Assembly (NCBI GenBank): GCA_000708835.1 | Contig: DF236988.1 | Span: forward strand, 62,001 to 126,000 | Direction: 5' to 3' | DNA from: Klebsormidium nitens | Taxonomy: Eukaryota > Plantae > Klebsormidiophyceae | DNA length: 64,000 bases | Shown: piece by piece, positions 34,752 through 46,169 of the stretch | How positions within the stretch are numbered: the first letter of the stretch is position 1 | Layout: every line of letters begins with the position of its first letter | Translations under genes and position numbers: made by a program | Notes under the pieces: generated by a model | Seen by the model: only the letters and a program-made list of their open reading frames with translations | The model's database searches: none | Told to the model about the DNA's origin: nothing

Positions 34752-37321
34752 ATGGTGCTCAAGTGAGTGACGGGCGCGCCCTTGTTTTGTTAGCATACCG
34801 TGGGGCTTTGCTGGGTGCTGAATGCCTGTGGTTTCGGGAGTTTGTCTGCGAAACAACGTTTGATTCCGGAAACATGTGCGGCAGCGCCTTACAAGTTGGT
34901 TGTGTTGCAGGACGGAGGTCTGCCGCTTCAGCGGTGCGAAGATCTACCCGGGCAGGGGGATTCGGTTCATCCGGTCCGATTCCCAGGTGAGCAGCTGCAA
35001 ACGACCAGGGGTCAGAGCGCTAATTGGGTTTGACCGAGAGGGCTGGACTCTGGTAACAGTTGCGGTGTGCATAGTTGCTGAGATGATTGGTTGGAAGGGA
35101 CGGATAGGGGGCTTGGAGAACAGGGGAGGTAGCAGCGAGAAGACGGGCCGAGGGGCATGTTTACGCACACGAGTTGCATTGCGATCCTACTCTTTGGGAC
35201 ACACTCAAGGCTGTTGCGGCAAGTCCGCATGCTTAAGAAGGGCCCTCCTTCTCCGCTGGTCTTGCCCAATCAGTTACACAGGGGCTAGAATCCGTGCTTG
35301 CCACGGTAATGGTAATCAGCAGCAGTTGTTGAAAAGTTCCGCTCTGCGCTACCAATCAGGGATCCAAGCGAAACCTTAATGGTTACCGCTCAAGCATAGG
35401 TCGTAGTTGGCCACATGTCTTATGGGCCTGCTAGCAACTGACGTCAAGTCAGCTACCGAGCAAAGATGAAGAAATACAAAAATCTGAGCTCAGAGAACCC
35501 CCGCAGTCTGGTTTACAGTGCACCTACCCCTCTACAGCGTCGCTTCATTAGGGCGTTTGTGAGAGCAGTGGCACCAAGTTATGAGGGATTGACATAAGCC
35601 GGTTAATTTCTAGGTTTTTCTGGAAGTCTATGGGAGCAGAGGACGGGGCCGGGCAAAGGGTGAAGAGCACGGCAGACAAGTCTGTTGAGAAAGGGGGTGA
35701 TGGCTCAGTGTAGTGGAAGAAGCTCTGCCTGGAATAATGAAACACGAGCAGAAGCACGCATCAACTTGGCAGAAGTGCAGAAGGGCAGGGCCAGCTACAC
35801 GCCAGCGTTCACAGTCAGAGAATGCACCAAAACACAATTCCCAATCCGAGCGAGCTTGTGCCCCAGCGTGGACTGCAATCAGAGGCCCTTATGCGGGCGG
35901 TTGGACTTACGTGGATTGTCTTGGGAATGTAACAGCCTGTTCCGTGCACCCTTGCAGGTCTTTCTGTTCAGGGACTCCAAGTGCAAGAGGCTGTTTCACA
36001 ACCGCTTGAAGCCCTCCAAGCTGTACTGGACGGCCCTCTACAGGAAGCAGCACAAGAAGGTGCGTCGCAGCAGACTTTTGACGAATAGTTGCTTCTTCGG
36101 TCCTTTCTGGGTCTGCTTCTTTTCAAGTTCGGGGGCGGATACATTTTATCTACACTGATTGCTATTCAATGTCATCGCGCTAGGCAGCAGGTGCCCAATT
36201 TTCTGTAACCAAGACCCCTAGAGACAGAAATCATGACACTTCTGCGCTGGTGCACATGCTGGCTTGGCAAGTCTGCAGTCAGGATGAGTGCGGCACCATG
36301 CTTGGCAACAAGCTGTGCGTCCTGGTCTGACACGCATTAGGCGTCATCCCAACAGAGAATGGGAGTGGTTTGGAGGAATCACGTGACTAGGATTAACGTG
36401 CCAACTTTCTCTGGGGATTGACCCCTGCTTTGCCCCTTTGTCTTCCAGGATATTCATGACCAGGCCCAGCGTAAGAAGAAGCGCTCCAACGCCAAGCCCT
36501 TCAGCAGGTCCATCGTCGGAGCCTCCCTTGAGGTGATCCAGAAGAGGCGGGCGGAGAAGCCCGAGACTCGCGCTGCAAACAGAGATACCGCTCTCCGGTG
36601 AGTATTGCTCTTTTGCTGGCTGGATGTGCTGGCCAGTTTTGCCCGACTGGTCAAACTTTGCATTTGTGTTGGCTGGTCTTAAAAGGGTGATTGCATGCTT
36701 TACATGGGTAATGTCTAGCAACGCAGCTCATGTAGCACTGGGCAGATGATTTCTGAACAGGATATGCGGCATGCCGGGTCGCTTGACATTGTGCGCTGCA
36801 TATTCTGTCGCGATGACCCTTACGCTTGTCAATCTGTTGGCTGACTAAGTGAACAGGGGCTGCAATATGCTGGAACACAGTGTCCTTGACGGTCACATTG
36901 ATTGTATCATACTATCTAAACTCGGCTGAATCATGGCCCTTCAGTCATTGCGGTCCCGGGACTCACTCTGTGATCCTCATGCGTCTCTTACCTGGTTTCG
37001 GCTTTACTGAGACCTATGAGTGCGTTTTTTGTTGGGGGGGCAACGTTCACGAGCAACTTTGTATCAGGATCAGTATCAGAAAGTGGAAGAGTCATGTAAG
37101 GTTATGTTTGTTTCGTGTTTCCGTCCATGATACAGACTCGTCAGTATCTGAGCTCTTTGTATGCATGCAGGGAGATCAAGGAGCGCATCAAGAAGCAGAA
37201 GGACGAGAAGAAGGCCAAGAAGGTGGAGGTTCAGAAGTCGCAACAAAAGGGGGCCACGAAGGCACCCAAGGCAGCGGGCGGCAAGGGACCCAAGCTTGGC
37301 GGAGGGGGTGGCAAGAGATAA
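34752..37321 (+). CDS. RPL24: 60S ribosomal protein L24 (eL24)
   Basis: Exons 34752-34762, 34911-34986, 35958-36059, 36449-36597, 37171-37321: [63 protein letters not shown]...KLGGGGGKR. Confidence 0.98.
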
Positions 37322-38324
37322 GCACCGGAAATATGGAAACCAAGTAAATGGCCTTGGCGGATCCGGGCGAACACTTCGTAGGTCTGTGGAGTGGCTCTTT
37401 TGGTTGCCACTTCCTAAGACCCATCCCCACACTGTGAAAGCTTGCGGTGCTTTGTCCACACATGTCTGCAGGACTCAGTTGGAGGTTGCGTTGCATCATG
37501 TGATATGCCATCGGAGTTGCAAAATGCATGTGGGGATCTGGTCATGACAATGCTGTCCAAGTATCAGCTTAAGTCCAATGTTGAATGGCAATGAACACGA
37601 TGTATTTGTATCAATGCGGGTTTGTGACGTAGCAGGCCTTGAAACTACACTTGATTTCAATCTGCAATTGGCGGCAGGCGCAAGCAGACAAGTTGCGATC
37701 AGTAGACTGCTGTCAGAAAGCTTGTTACATGAGCGCAGTGTGCTTTTGCAAGCTGGTGATTGCGGGGAAAGTTGAGTCTCACAACATGCCTTCAAGTAAG
37801 CAATGTTTTGAATGGTACCAGGCAGGATTGGTGGGACATTTGTTGTGCGGATGGATTTGGGAGATTGAACGAGGAAAGCATGCGAGACTTCCGCAAGCTT
37901 CGCGATAATAGGTGCATTCATTCTTATGAGAATTTAATCGAACGCCAAATCGCAGAGGCCATGTGGAAACCATTCCTTCCTTATGAGCGCGGTCAGAGCT
38001 GATAGCTCTGTAGTACGCGCGGCAGCCGCTTTTCAGAGTTTGCCTCCCCACATTCAATGTGTCTGAAGAAACAACATACCGCACAAGCACATTGGCCAAC
38101 CCTCAGGAATTCAGCGCTAGGCGTGCAATAACAATATAAAAATACTGTAGCATATATTAATCATAAAAGAACAAGCGTTGGCCAAGCCAACTCAAAGATA
38201 ACATACCTAGGTAACCTAGGATTATTGATAATTCGTGCCGTACCAGGATGGTGCCTGCATGATGTTCTCTTTTAAACGCCTAGCTTCGGTACGTCAGATG
38301 AGGCCGTCCATTGCGTGTGAAACA

Positions 38325-38475
38325 AGATCGGACGGACACAACCGCGCGAAACACCCAGGCGAATGACGGTGAATCGTCAATCTGACGGTCCAAAACAGGG
38401 CGCGCCAAAACCCTATGAAACTTGAAAAGGTACATCAACCTCAGCTGCTCTGTTCAATAGAGATCGGACCGGGAA
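38325..38475 (+). promoter_or_regulatory. Putative CAP-H promoter with E2F-like, MSA-like and telo-box motifs
   Basis: GCGCGAAA (38344-38351) and GCGCCAAA (38402-38409) are reverse complements of TTTSGCGC. Also AGATCGGACGG (38325), AATCTGACGGTCCA (38379) and AAACCCTA (38408). About 300-400 bp upstream of the CAP-H ATG. Confidence 0.45.
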
Positions 38476-38731
38476 GAAAGAAGCTTTTCAGGCGCGCTCA
38501 AGAGTTTCTGCTTGCAAGCAGCAAGAGTCTACTACTACCTCGGCTAGAGTTCCCATAACGATATCTGCTCCCTGTGAACGTTCGTCCCTGTGCAAAAGGC
38601 TTTTCAAGAGTCGCATGATTAGGAGCAAAGGCACTGCTTGTTAGCAAGCGGCACACAATGCACAGCGTTCAAAGGTTATTGTCTCAACAATCTAAAACTG
38701 ACGCTGTTCGCATCATCCGATTTTGATATCA

Positions 38732-41700
38732 ATGGCGTCAAGCTTACAAAAGGAGAACATACCTCCCCCCGGGCGCCCCAGAAGTGCATCTCACAGACCA
38801 GGAGCCAGAAAATCTACAGACCAAAGGACAACTGTGACAATGCAAGGCTTGAGAGTGAGGGGCGATGCAGATGGGGCTGCCCAGCCAAGTCCATCGAGTA
38901 GCCTAGGCACAGGATCCAGGGTGTTGCAGGAAAGCGATGAGACACTTGAGGCTGCTGAAGTTAGAGTTGCTCAGGATGATGCACACTCAGGGGCGGGGCT
39001 GGCCCCATCTAGAAAAAGTAATCCACCATCTCAAGACGGAGTACCGGTTCTCCAGAGCAGGAGTGTGGAAAGGCAGGCGAGGGAGGAGCTGGCTCCGGAG
39101 CTGCTGAACCAGATGCTTGCCAACTGTCTGAAGCTCGCTTCTGAGAACGTAAGGAACTGCAAAATGAAGTCTCCTGTTTGATAAATGCTGCCTCCACCGC
39201 GTACAGCAATCGAGTTGGATGGTCCGAACAAGTAGTCATTATGCGTGTGACGTACTTGATGGATTTACCTGATGCATGTCTCTTTCGCTTTGCATGGTGA
39301 CGAAATGAAGGTAAAAGTGCAGAGCATCATTTGCATTAGGGTTCCATCTATAGGTTGTGCTGGCCTCCTGAATGTAGCCCACTTACAGAGCTGTGTGGCC
39401 TAGACTGGGTCCTTTTTGGAATCTCTCCAAAGACTTGTAACCTGGGTCTGTTGCAGAAAATCACGCAAAAGAACACCTGGGAGCTGAAGCTCATTGACCA
39501 TGCAAGCGACCTCGTCCTGGCCGACCATGACGATGGGAGTCAGACAAACTTTCAGAAGGTAATACGGAATCCCCTCCGGCTGTAACTTGCAGCTGAGTTT
39601 CATGACAAAGTCTGATGCTTGCACTGCTTTGGTATCTTCTGAGCGTGCTGCCCTGGTAAAGACAAAGAATGAGGGCTTACACAGAAGCTGGACCTCCCTT
39701 GTCACAACTCCAATGCAGAGAGCGGCAAGTATATTCGCCATCTGTGGAATTTGATGCGGAACTTTCACTGAAAAGACTGTGGGAACTCCTGTAGGCGAGC
39801 TGCGTCCTGGAAACCGGTATGAAAATTTATGCCACGCGAGTTGATGCGACACACTCTGAAACGTACAAAGTCCTGGGAGGGCTCAATAGGACCACTGCAG
39901 AGCAAGCAGACACAGGTAAGTGCTGTAGGTAAAACCCCATGCCAAAGCTGAAAATTGAGTGTGATCTGACAAGAATCACCGATCTTCGCTAGTGTGGTGA
40001 GGCGCTGTCCGCTGTTTTTCACCTGAAACGCCTTCCTTTGTTGACTAATTTTTTTTACGAGCAGTCACTGGTTGGCTTTATAAGAGACAAATGTGTTTTG
40101 AGCATGTTCTTCTTTGTCTGGTACATTACAAAAAATAAGTTTTGATTGTTTCGAATTGGGGAAATAAAAGCAGCTTCCCATAGTCTCTGCTGATTAAACT
40201 GAACAAGACAATGCAGATGCCGAGGGGGGAGATGCGGATGGAGGGGAGGATGAGGAGAGGCAGGGAGAGGCAAGGAAAGAAAGGAAGGTAAGATTTGGAG
40301 CAGCCCCTACTACTTGGAACACCCCTTTAAGGTTGGCGATGACAATCTAGGGGGGGCGGTTAAGCGGGGTTTTGAAGCTTTGCTGGCAATCTCTTCGTGT
40401 ACACCGTCAATTCACACAGGAAGCCTGCTTTTGATAACAGCTATGAGCTTTGACCAGATGTTAGAGGGACGTGTTTTCTGGGGCATTTGCCATTTGCCGG
40501 CCAGCCATCTGTCTAAGAAACTTAACAAGCCCTCACTTCTCTTTGAAAGGTTGTCTTGTCTGCTTGCATCATGCAGGGCCATTCAGCGACACTTGAGCCG
40601 ACACTGGAGGCGCTTAACCTCAAAAAGTTTGACAGTGAGTTCCAGAGACACTCAAGCAGAGCCTAGCTTAGGCGTTTTGCAAGTCAACTGCATTCCTTTT
40701 CTCGTCCAATCGATCGTCCCTGCAGCTACTCAGATAGCAGCGTCGTGCTTACCAGGTTGAGTCACATTCTTACTAGGGGAAGCTATCCTTGTTTGTCCTT
40801 AGCAATGTTCGATCTAAGTTCAGTCCGCTGTATTTTGAAGATCGATCGGGACTGCTTCCTTTTCCTGATGTTCAGCTTTTTGACCGCAGCGGCCTTCGCG
40901 GTCGACCCCCTGTTCCACCAGACCTCCGCCCAATTCGACGAGGGGGGTGCCAAGGGCCTCCTCCTAAACAACCTCTCCGTTTTCCGCGGTTGCGAGATTG
41001 TCTTCGATTCAGGGGACATCCCCGATCGGGGTAGCGCCAAACCCGGCCCTAACCCCGGGTCAGATAAGTGGGCCAATCTGACCTTCCTCCAGGATAGGAT
41101 CCAAGCCATGTGCCGGGGGGTGCAAAGAGCCCTGCACATCTCCCCCACGCTGCAAGAGATTGTCAAGCTGCTAAACGACCCGTACCGGGCGGCCGCCGAG
41201 GCCAAAACCGCTGACGAGTCCTCTGTGGGGGGTCCGAGCGGAGAGGCATTTTCAACCCCTGGAAAAGGAGAGGCGGCGCAGCCGCCCCTGGATTTCGGCT
41301 GGGGGGGTGGGGCCGACTTTGCTGCCAATATGGACGATGACTTTGGGTCTATGGGGGGGGGGACGATTGGGGGGGTCCTGATGACGATGATGAGGGGCAG
41401 GTGGAGCAGGGGAGGGAGGGGGGGGATTACGAACCGGGGGTCAGTTTTGCTAGTGACGTGGAGGAGGATGTCGTGCGGTGGCTGGAAGGTGGGGCGGAAG
41501 GGAGGGGTAAATCATGGGCGGGAGCGGACCACTGGCGAGCCAGGGGCAGGCCGAAAGGTGAGGGGAAACAGTGCGCAGGTAGTACCTGCGTTTTCAGTAA
41601 ACTGGACTGCAATGTCGATGTGCAGGTGTCAGTCGCGACTGGCCTGAAAGCCTCTGCACGACGGATGAAGTGAGCATCTTTAACTGCTTCAGTCGATCTT

Positions 41701-44700
41701 GAAAGCGCCACCTATCTCAGACGAGTGGTTGATGGCCTGTTTGTGGAATAAGTTTCCAATCACTGACGCTCTGCTTTGCTTCTACTTGGATGCCCACCTT
41801 GCAGGTGATCTCCCCCTTGCTTATCTTTAATACAAGGGCCCAAGACACACAGATCGTCCTGCTTTTACCTCGTCCTTCCGAAAGCTCTCGTCAACCTTTC
41901 TTTGTCTCTCTTCTTCCTGGGACCGCTCATGAGGCCCCACAGGGATGGGCCACATAAGATGGATCTCAACACCACACTGAATCTGCGCCCAATCGTCTCG
42001 TCCCGCAGATGCAGACACTCGGACTAGCGCAACTTTACGTAGTCGTGCTGCCCTCACCAAACCTTTCCCTCGCAAAGGGCTCTGAATGACGTTTCAACCG
42101 ACTCTTCTCCCGCAGACACAGAAGACCATGGTGCCGCCGACGCCCCCCCAAAGCCGAAACGCCCGCGCAACGCGCCGTTCCTGCTCGACTTCGAGAACCT
42201 GCCGGACCTCTCGGACCCGCAGTACGCGCCCGCGGACGACGAGCGCGAGATCTGCCTGGCGCCGTCCGCGCTCACGACCGACGCCAAAACGCTCCTCCCC
42301 GAGGACCTGCACTACCAGCCCATGTGGCTGGCGCGCCTCTTTCTGCGGCCCAACGTTGTGGTGAGGAGCAACAATCTCGGGTCCTAAGTCACAGTCGTTC
42401 GCGTTCATTTTTGGACGTGCTCTTTCTCCTTTCCAGCGTCCTCCGGCTTCGATTTTGCTCTGGGTTTTGGCGTCGCTTCTCCGCGATGTTCTTGATGTGC
42501 TCTGCTTCGTTGGTTGTAGCCTTGTAGCTCATATCTGGAGTAACGCCCGCACCACTTTTCTGTTCTCTTCTTAGCCGTTCGGTGAAAATTCTGGTGTGTC
42601 TTTTTGGATCTTTTCAGCGATTCCCCGTGCTATCGTCATCGTGAGCTGCAGCACTCCCTTCGTCGTTCGCCGTTTGTAAGGTTGCTTCTCCTGCGGCATT
42701 CCCGGCGTGCTTTTGTTTCCTCTTCCATAACCGGGCGGCTCACTTTGATCATGAGGGATCTGGTGGCTTAATATCTTGGTGAGCGACAGCAACTCCTTGC
42801 CTGCCAAAGCTTCCCTTGCTCGGGCTTGGGACATGATGCTTTCGTTATGATCAATCCTGCGTTGACTCCAATCTGCTTGACACTGCTGATGACGTCTCGT
42901 TTTGTTCGTGCAGTGTATACCCCGGAAAGTCCGAGTACCTGCCGGTAAGGCCACTCCTGCCCTCTTGAAAGACCGTCGTATGGGCTCTGGTCCATCAGGT
43001 TATGCGGAACGTCGAGCGGCTGACCGCGGATCAAAGCTGTCTAGAGATTCGCAGAGCGGCTTTGTGGATAGTGACGCCCTGTTTTCATTCGCAGTCTAAC
43101 CACAGAACAGCGCACTGGAGTCCGCCTTCTTCTTCCGTCTTCCACAAGCATCTCTAAGACATCTCGGTATGGAGTGCCGATTTGATTGCGACCAGCACAG
43201 CAACTTTCGTGACGAATCCAGAATCCCAACAGCGACGTCGTGGAGGGAATCCCGGGAACGGACGTCTTCCCTGCCAGTGTTCACTAACATTGGCACCTAG
43301 GGGACGGGTAGGGTTGGTTCAGTAGTTAGGATAGGGTGGGGTGCGGGGCGCGTTTTGAGGTTGGGTTTTCTAGTTCGTGTGCCCTCTTTGTGCACACTCT
43401 GTTTAGTAAATACTTCCGTTACCATTACGTGCAGGGACACGTGGAGGCTCCGAGGCCGGCCCTGCGTTTGCCACGCAGATGGACTTTGGGGACGCAGGCG
43501 ACTTTTGGGGCGACGACGACGACGATAATGGGGCGGGTGGGTCGCCATTCGTGGGCGGCGCAGACTGGAACGCGCCGGACGGTCCGGAAGACGAAGCGGA
43601 CGGCCTAGTGGAGCAGCCGCGGCAAGTGGAGAAAGTGGACGTCAACTATGCGAGGTGAGACTGTGCTTCGATGAAAGCTTCGTCAGAGCTTGCCTAGGTG
43701 ACTTGCCCGGAGGAACGGTTTGGGCTCGGGACAATCGTCCTTCAATTGTGGAACATGTACTGCTTGATGCACAGTGACGGAATCCCTAGACCTTGTGATG
43801 TCGACCTTGTTGAATGGAAACGAGCAAGAAGCGCCTTCAGCTTTTGAGATCGTATGACAACGTCTTCGATGAACAGGCTGGCACTTCGACGGAGCTCAGA
43901 GAGACACGAAATTTTTGTACGCTTCGACCACGTTCAGGACCTGACAGGCCTCCGTTTCGTTGTTGCAGGACGTCCAAACAGGTCGATGTCAAGATCCTGA
44001 AAGAGACGCTCTGGACCGGCCTGCAGTGCGCGCCGGGGCAGGAGGAAGAGGTGAGCGCTCAAAGGGAGCTTCTTCCAGCAGAATGGAATCCAAGAGACTG
44101 AGTAACCTTGGGACCGGGAGGTGGAGCTGTTGAAATCGACGACGTGGCGAGGCTCAGTACGAAACTCTTGGTTACGGCGTGACATGACCACAGGCTTGTC
44201 GACTCTTAGATATCAAACCTCGCCATGTCCTCTTTCGAAAGTGTCTCCGTTTTCCGTGCTAAGATTGTCCAATCTTTTCGGCTCCGCTCTTTCAATCTTC
44301 AAGGCGCCGGATTTTGCGGTCGGCAATGAAGACTCCTTCAGTTGGACCCTTAGTTTCCCAACTCCTTGATTCCAAGCTGGCCACCTCCTGCATTTATCTA
44401 CTTGTCTGCTTGTACGAACCTGATGTTCCGCGAACCGTAACGAGACTTTTGCGATATGGAATCTCTGCCAGAAAACGCGTCCAAGCAAGCTTGCTTCCAT
44501 CCAAGTCACACTGTTCCCGCACTTTGTACGCGGAGTTGTTCAGGTCGTTCTCAGCCCCCCCTTACTAACTGACCCATCTACGTTACCCGGTCCCCGCTGC
44601 TCAAACCCTCTTCTCTTCTCCGTCGCAGGACGCCTCCGAGGGCAGCCGCAAGGACGGGGTCTCGTTCCGCGGCCTGCTGGAGCACATTCCGGCGGACTGC

Positions 44701-44838
44701 GCCGCAGCGGAGCTGCCCGACATCTCGGTGCACCTGTGCTTCATCTGCGTGCTCCACCTGGCGAACGAGCACGGCCTCGCCATAGCTGGAACGGAAACCA
44801 TGGACGAACTCGTCATAGACAAAGTCCCCTTCGCTTAG
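38732..44838 (+). CDS. CAPH: Condensin I kleisin subunit CAP-H (Barren/Cnd2)
   Basis: NCLKLASEN|KITQKNTWELKLID..TNFQK|ASCVLETGMKIYATRVDATHSETYKVLGGL, AFAVDPLFHQTSAQFDEGGAKGLLLNNL, WAGADHW, PEDLHY, VEKVDVNYAR|TSKQVDVKILKETLW, DISVHLCFICVLHLANEHGL. One apparent frameshift in a G10 run at 41353-41362. Confidence 0.95.
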
Positions 44839-46169
44839 CAGGCCGGTCAGGGAAAGGTCCCAGCTTGACAAAATCCATGTCGCCCAGGCAGGGCGATATG
44901 GGATGACTGTACTTCGATCCTTGCATTTTGTTTGGGGGTGTTCCTGAGGGCGAGCTTGCGACAGCTGTTTTCCTTGTTGCTAGGTCGGCGTTGTGGGGGG
45001 AAGGGACCATCGGACACGTGCCTCTGCTGGAGACAGTGGATCTTCAAAAACCCTCGCTTGAGGATTGTTCTGAGAACAACAAGAGGTGTTCGCTTTCGAA
45101 CAGCTCCCTATGCGTAGCATAGGCGCGTGTCTGCGGATAAAACGTTCTTATCACATCGCTTAGGCAGTGTCACTCCGGACCTTTGCAGTGTGTTGACAGA
45201 TCGTAGCCTACCGTGATCAATGATGCACTTACTGCCCTATTTGCTTGAGAATATTAAAGGCGGAGACGGTGCCGACTTACCTTGCGGCCCTTCAGATACT
45301 GATGTACTATTTTGACTGTTGGCTCTAAAAAAGGTCCGGTATGAACGGCGTTGCTTACTTTGTCGCCCTATTAATGAGTTCTTGACTGATGTGTACCTCG
45401 GCTTCGTTGCACCTGCTTGATGATGAGAAGCGGCAACGAACTGGCTCCTTTTCATCTACAGTGCGCCGTTGGAACATGTCGAAGGACCAATAAAGCCACC
45501 GTGAACAATATCCTTGATGCATGCAATCGAGGCCGTGAGAAGCGTATGATCCATGGCATTCCAGCGTTTGAAAGCGTTAAGCTGTCAGATGGCATTAACA
45601 TGATGCATCTGGCTGCACGTACGGGGGCCGAAATCATCAGTGCCATTCGTTTGCAAATGGCAATGCGCGGCGTGGCGGCCATGGTGAAACTTTTGCGCGT
45701 CCGGGCGAACGAGACTGCAACTTGACTATTTGCTAATGTACATGATGATCATGTAGAAAACCATGTACGATGCAGCTAAGATTCGGAGAATTACTTTGAA
45801 CGTCCTGCCATCACGTACGCGTGCGCGCGGTGTAGCATGCATCCTCATGCAGTTAAAACTATACGTACGTGTACTTGCAGTACAGGGATACGACGACTGA
45901 AATGCTCAAAGTCCTTGATGAGACTCCGATGAAGTCTTTCCTCATGACGACTCAAAGTTCAGACGTACGTAGCGCAGGTCCTTAAAACCATTCGATATAA
46001 GCAAAGTGTGCCATAGTAGCTTGATTTAGTGCACCCCCAGGAGTCGATCTGACTGCCGGATATCATTCTTTGGTCAGAGCGTCTCGGAAAACTCCTTCCC
46101 GGCTCTGATGGACATTGCCGCCTCCTTATGCCATTCCATTCGGTCAACAGATTCGGATCTAATTTAGGT

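Noticed and set aside
34987-37170. Possible intronic snoRNAs in RPL24
   Set aside because: No clean RTGATGA..CTGA pair with a terminal stem or rRNA antisense element found by eye; needs snoscan or snoReport.
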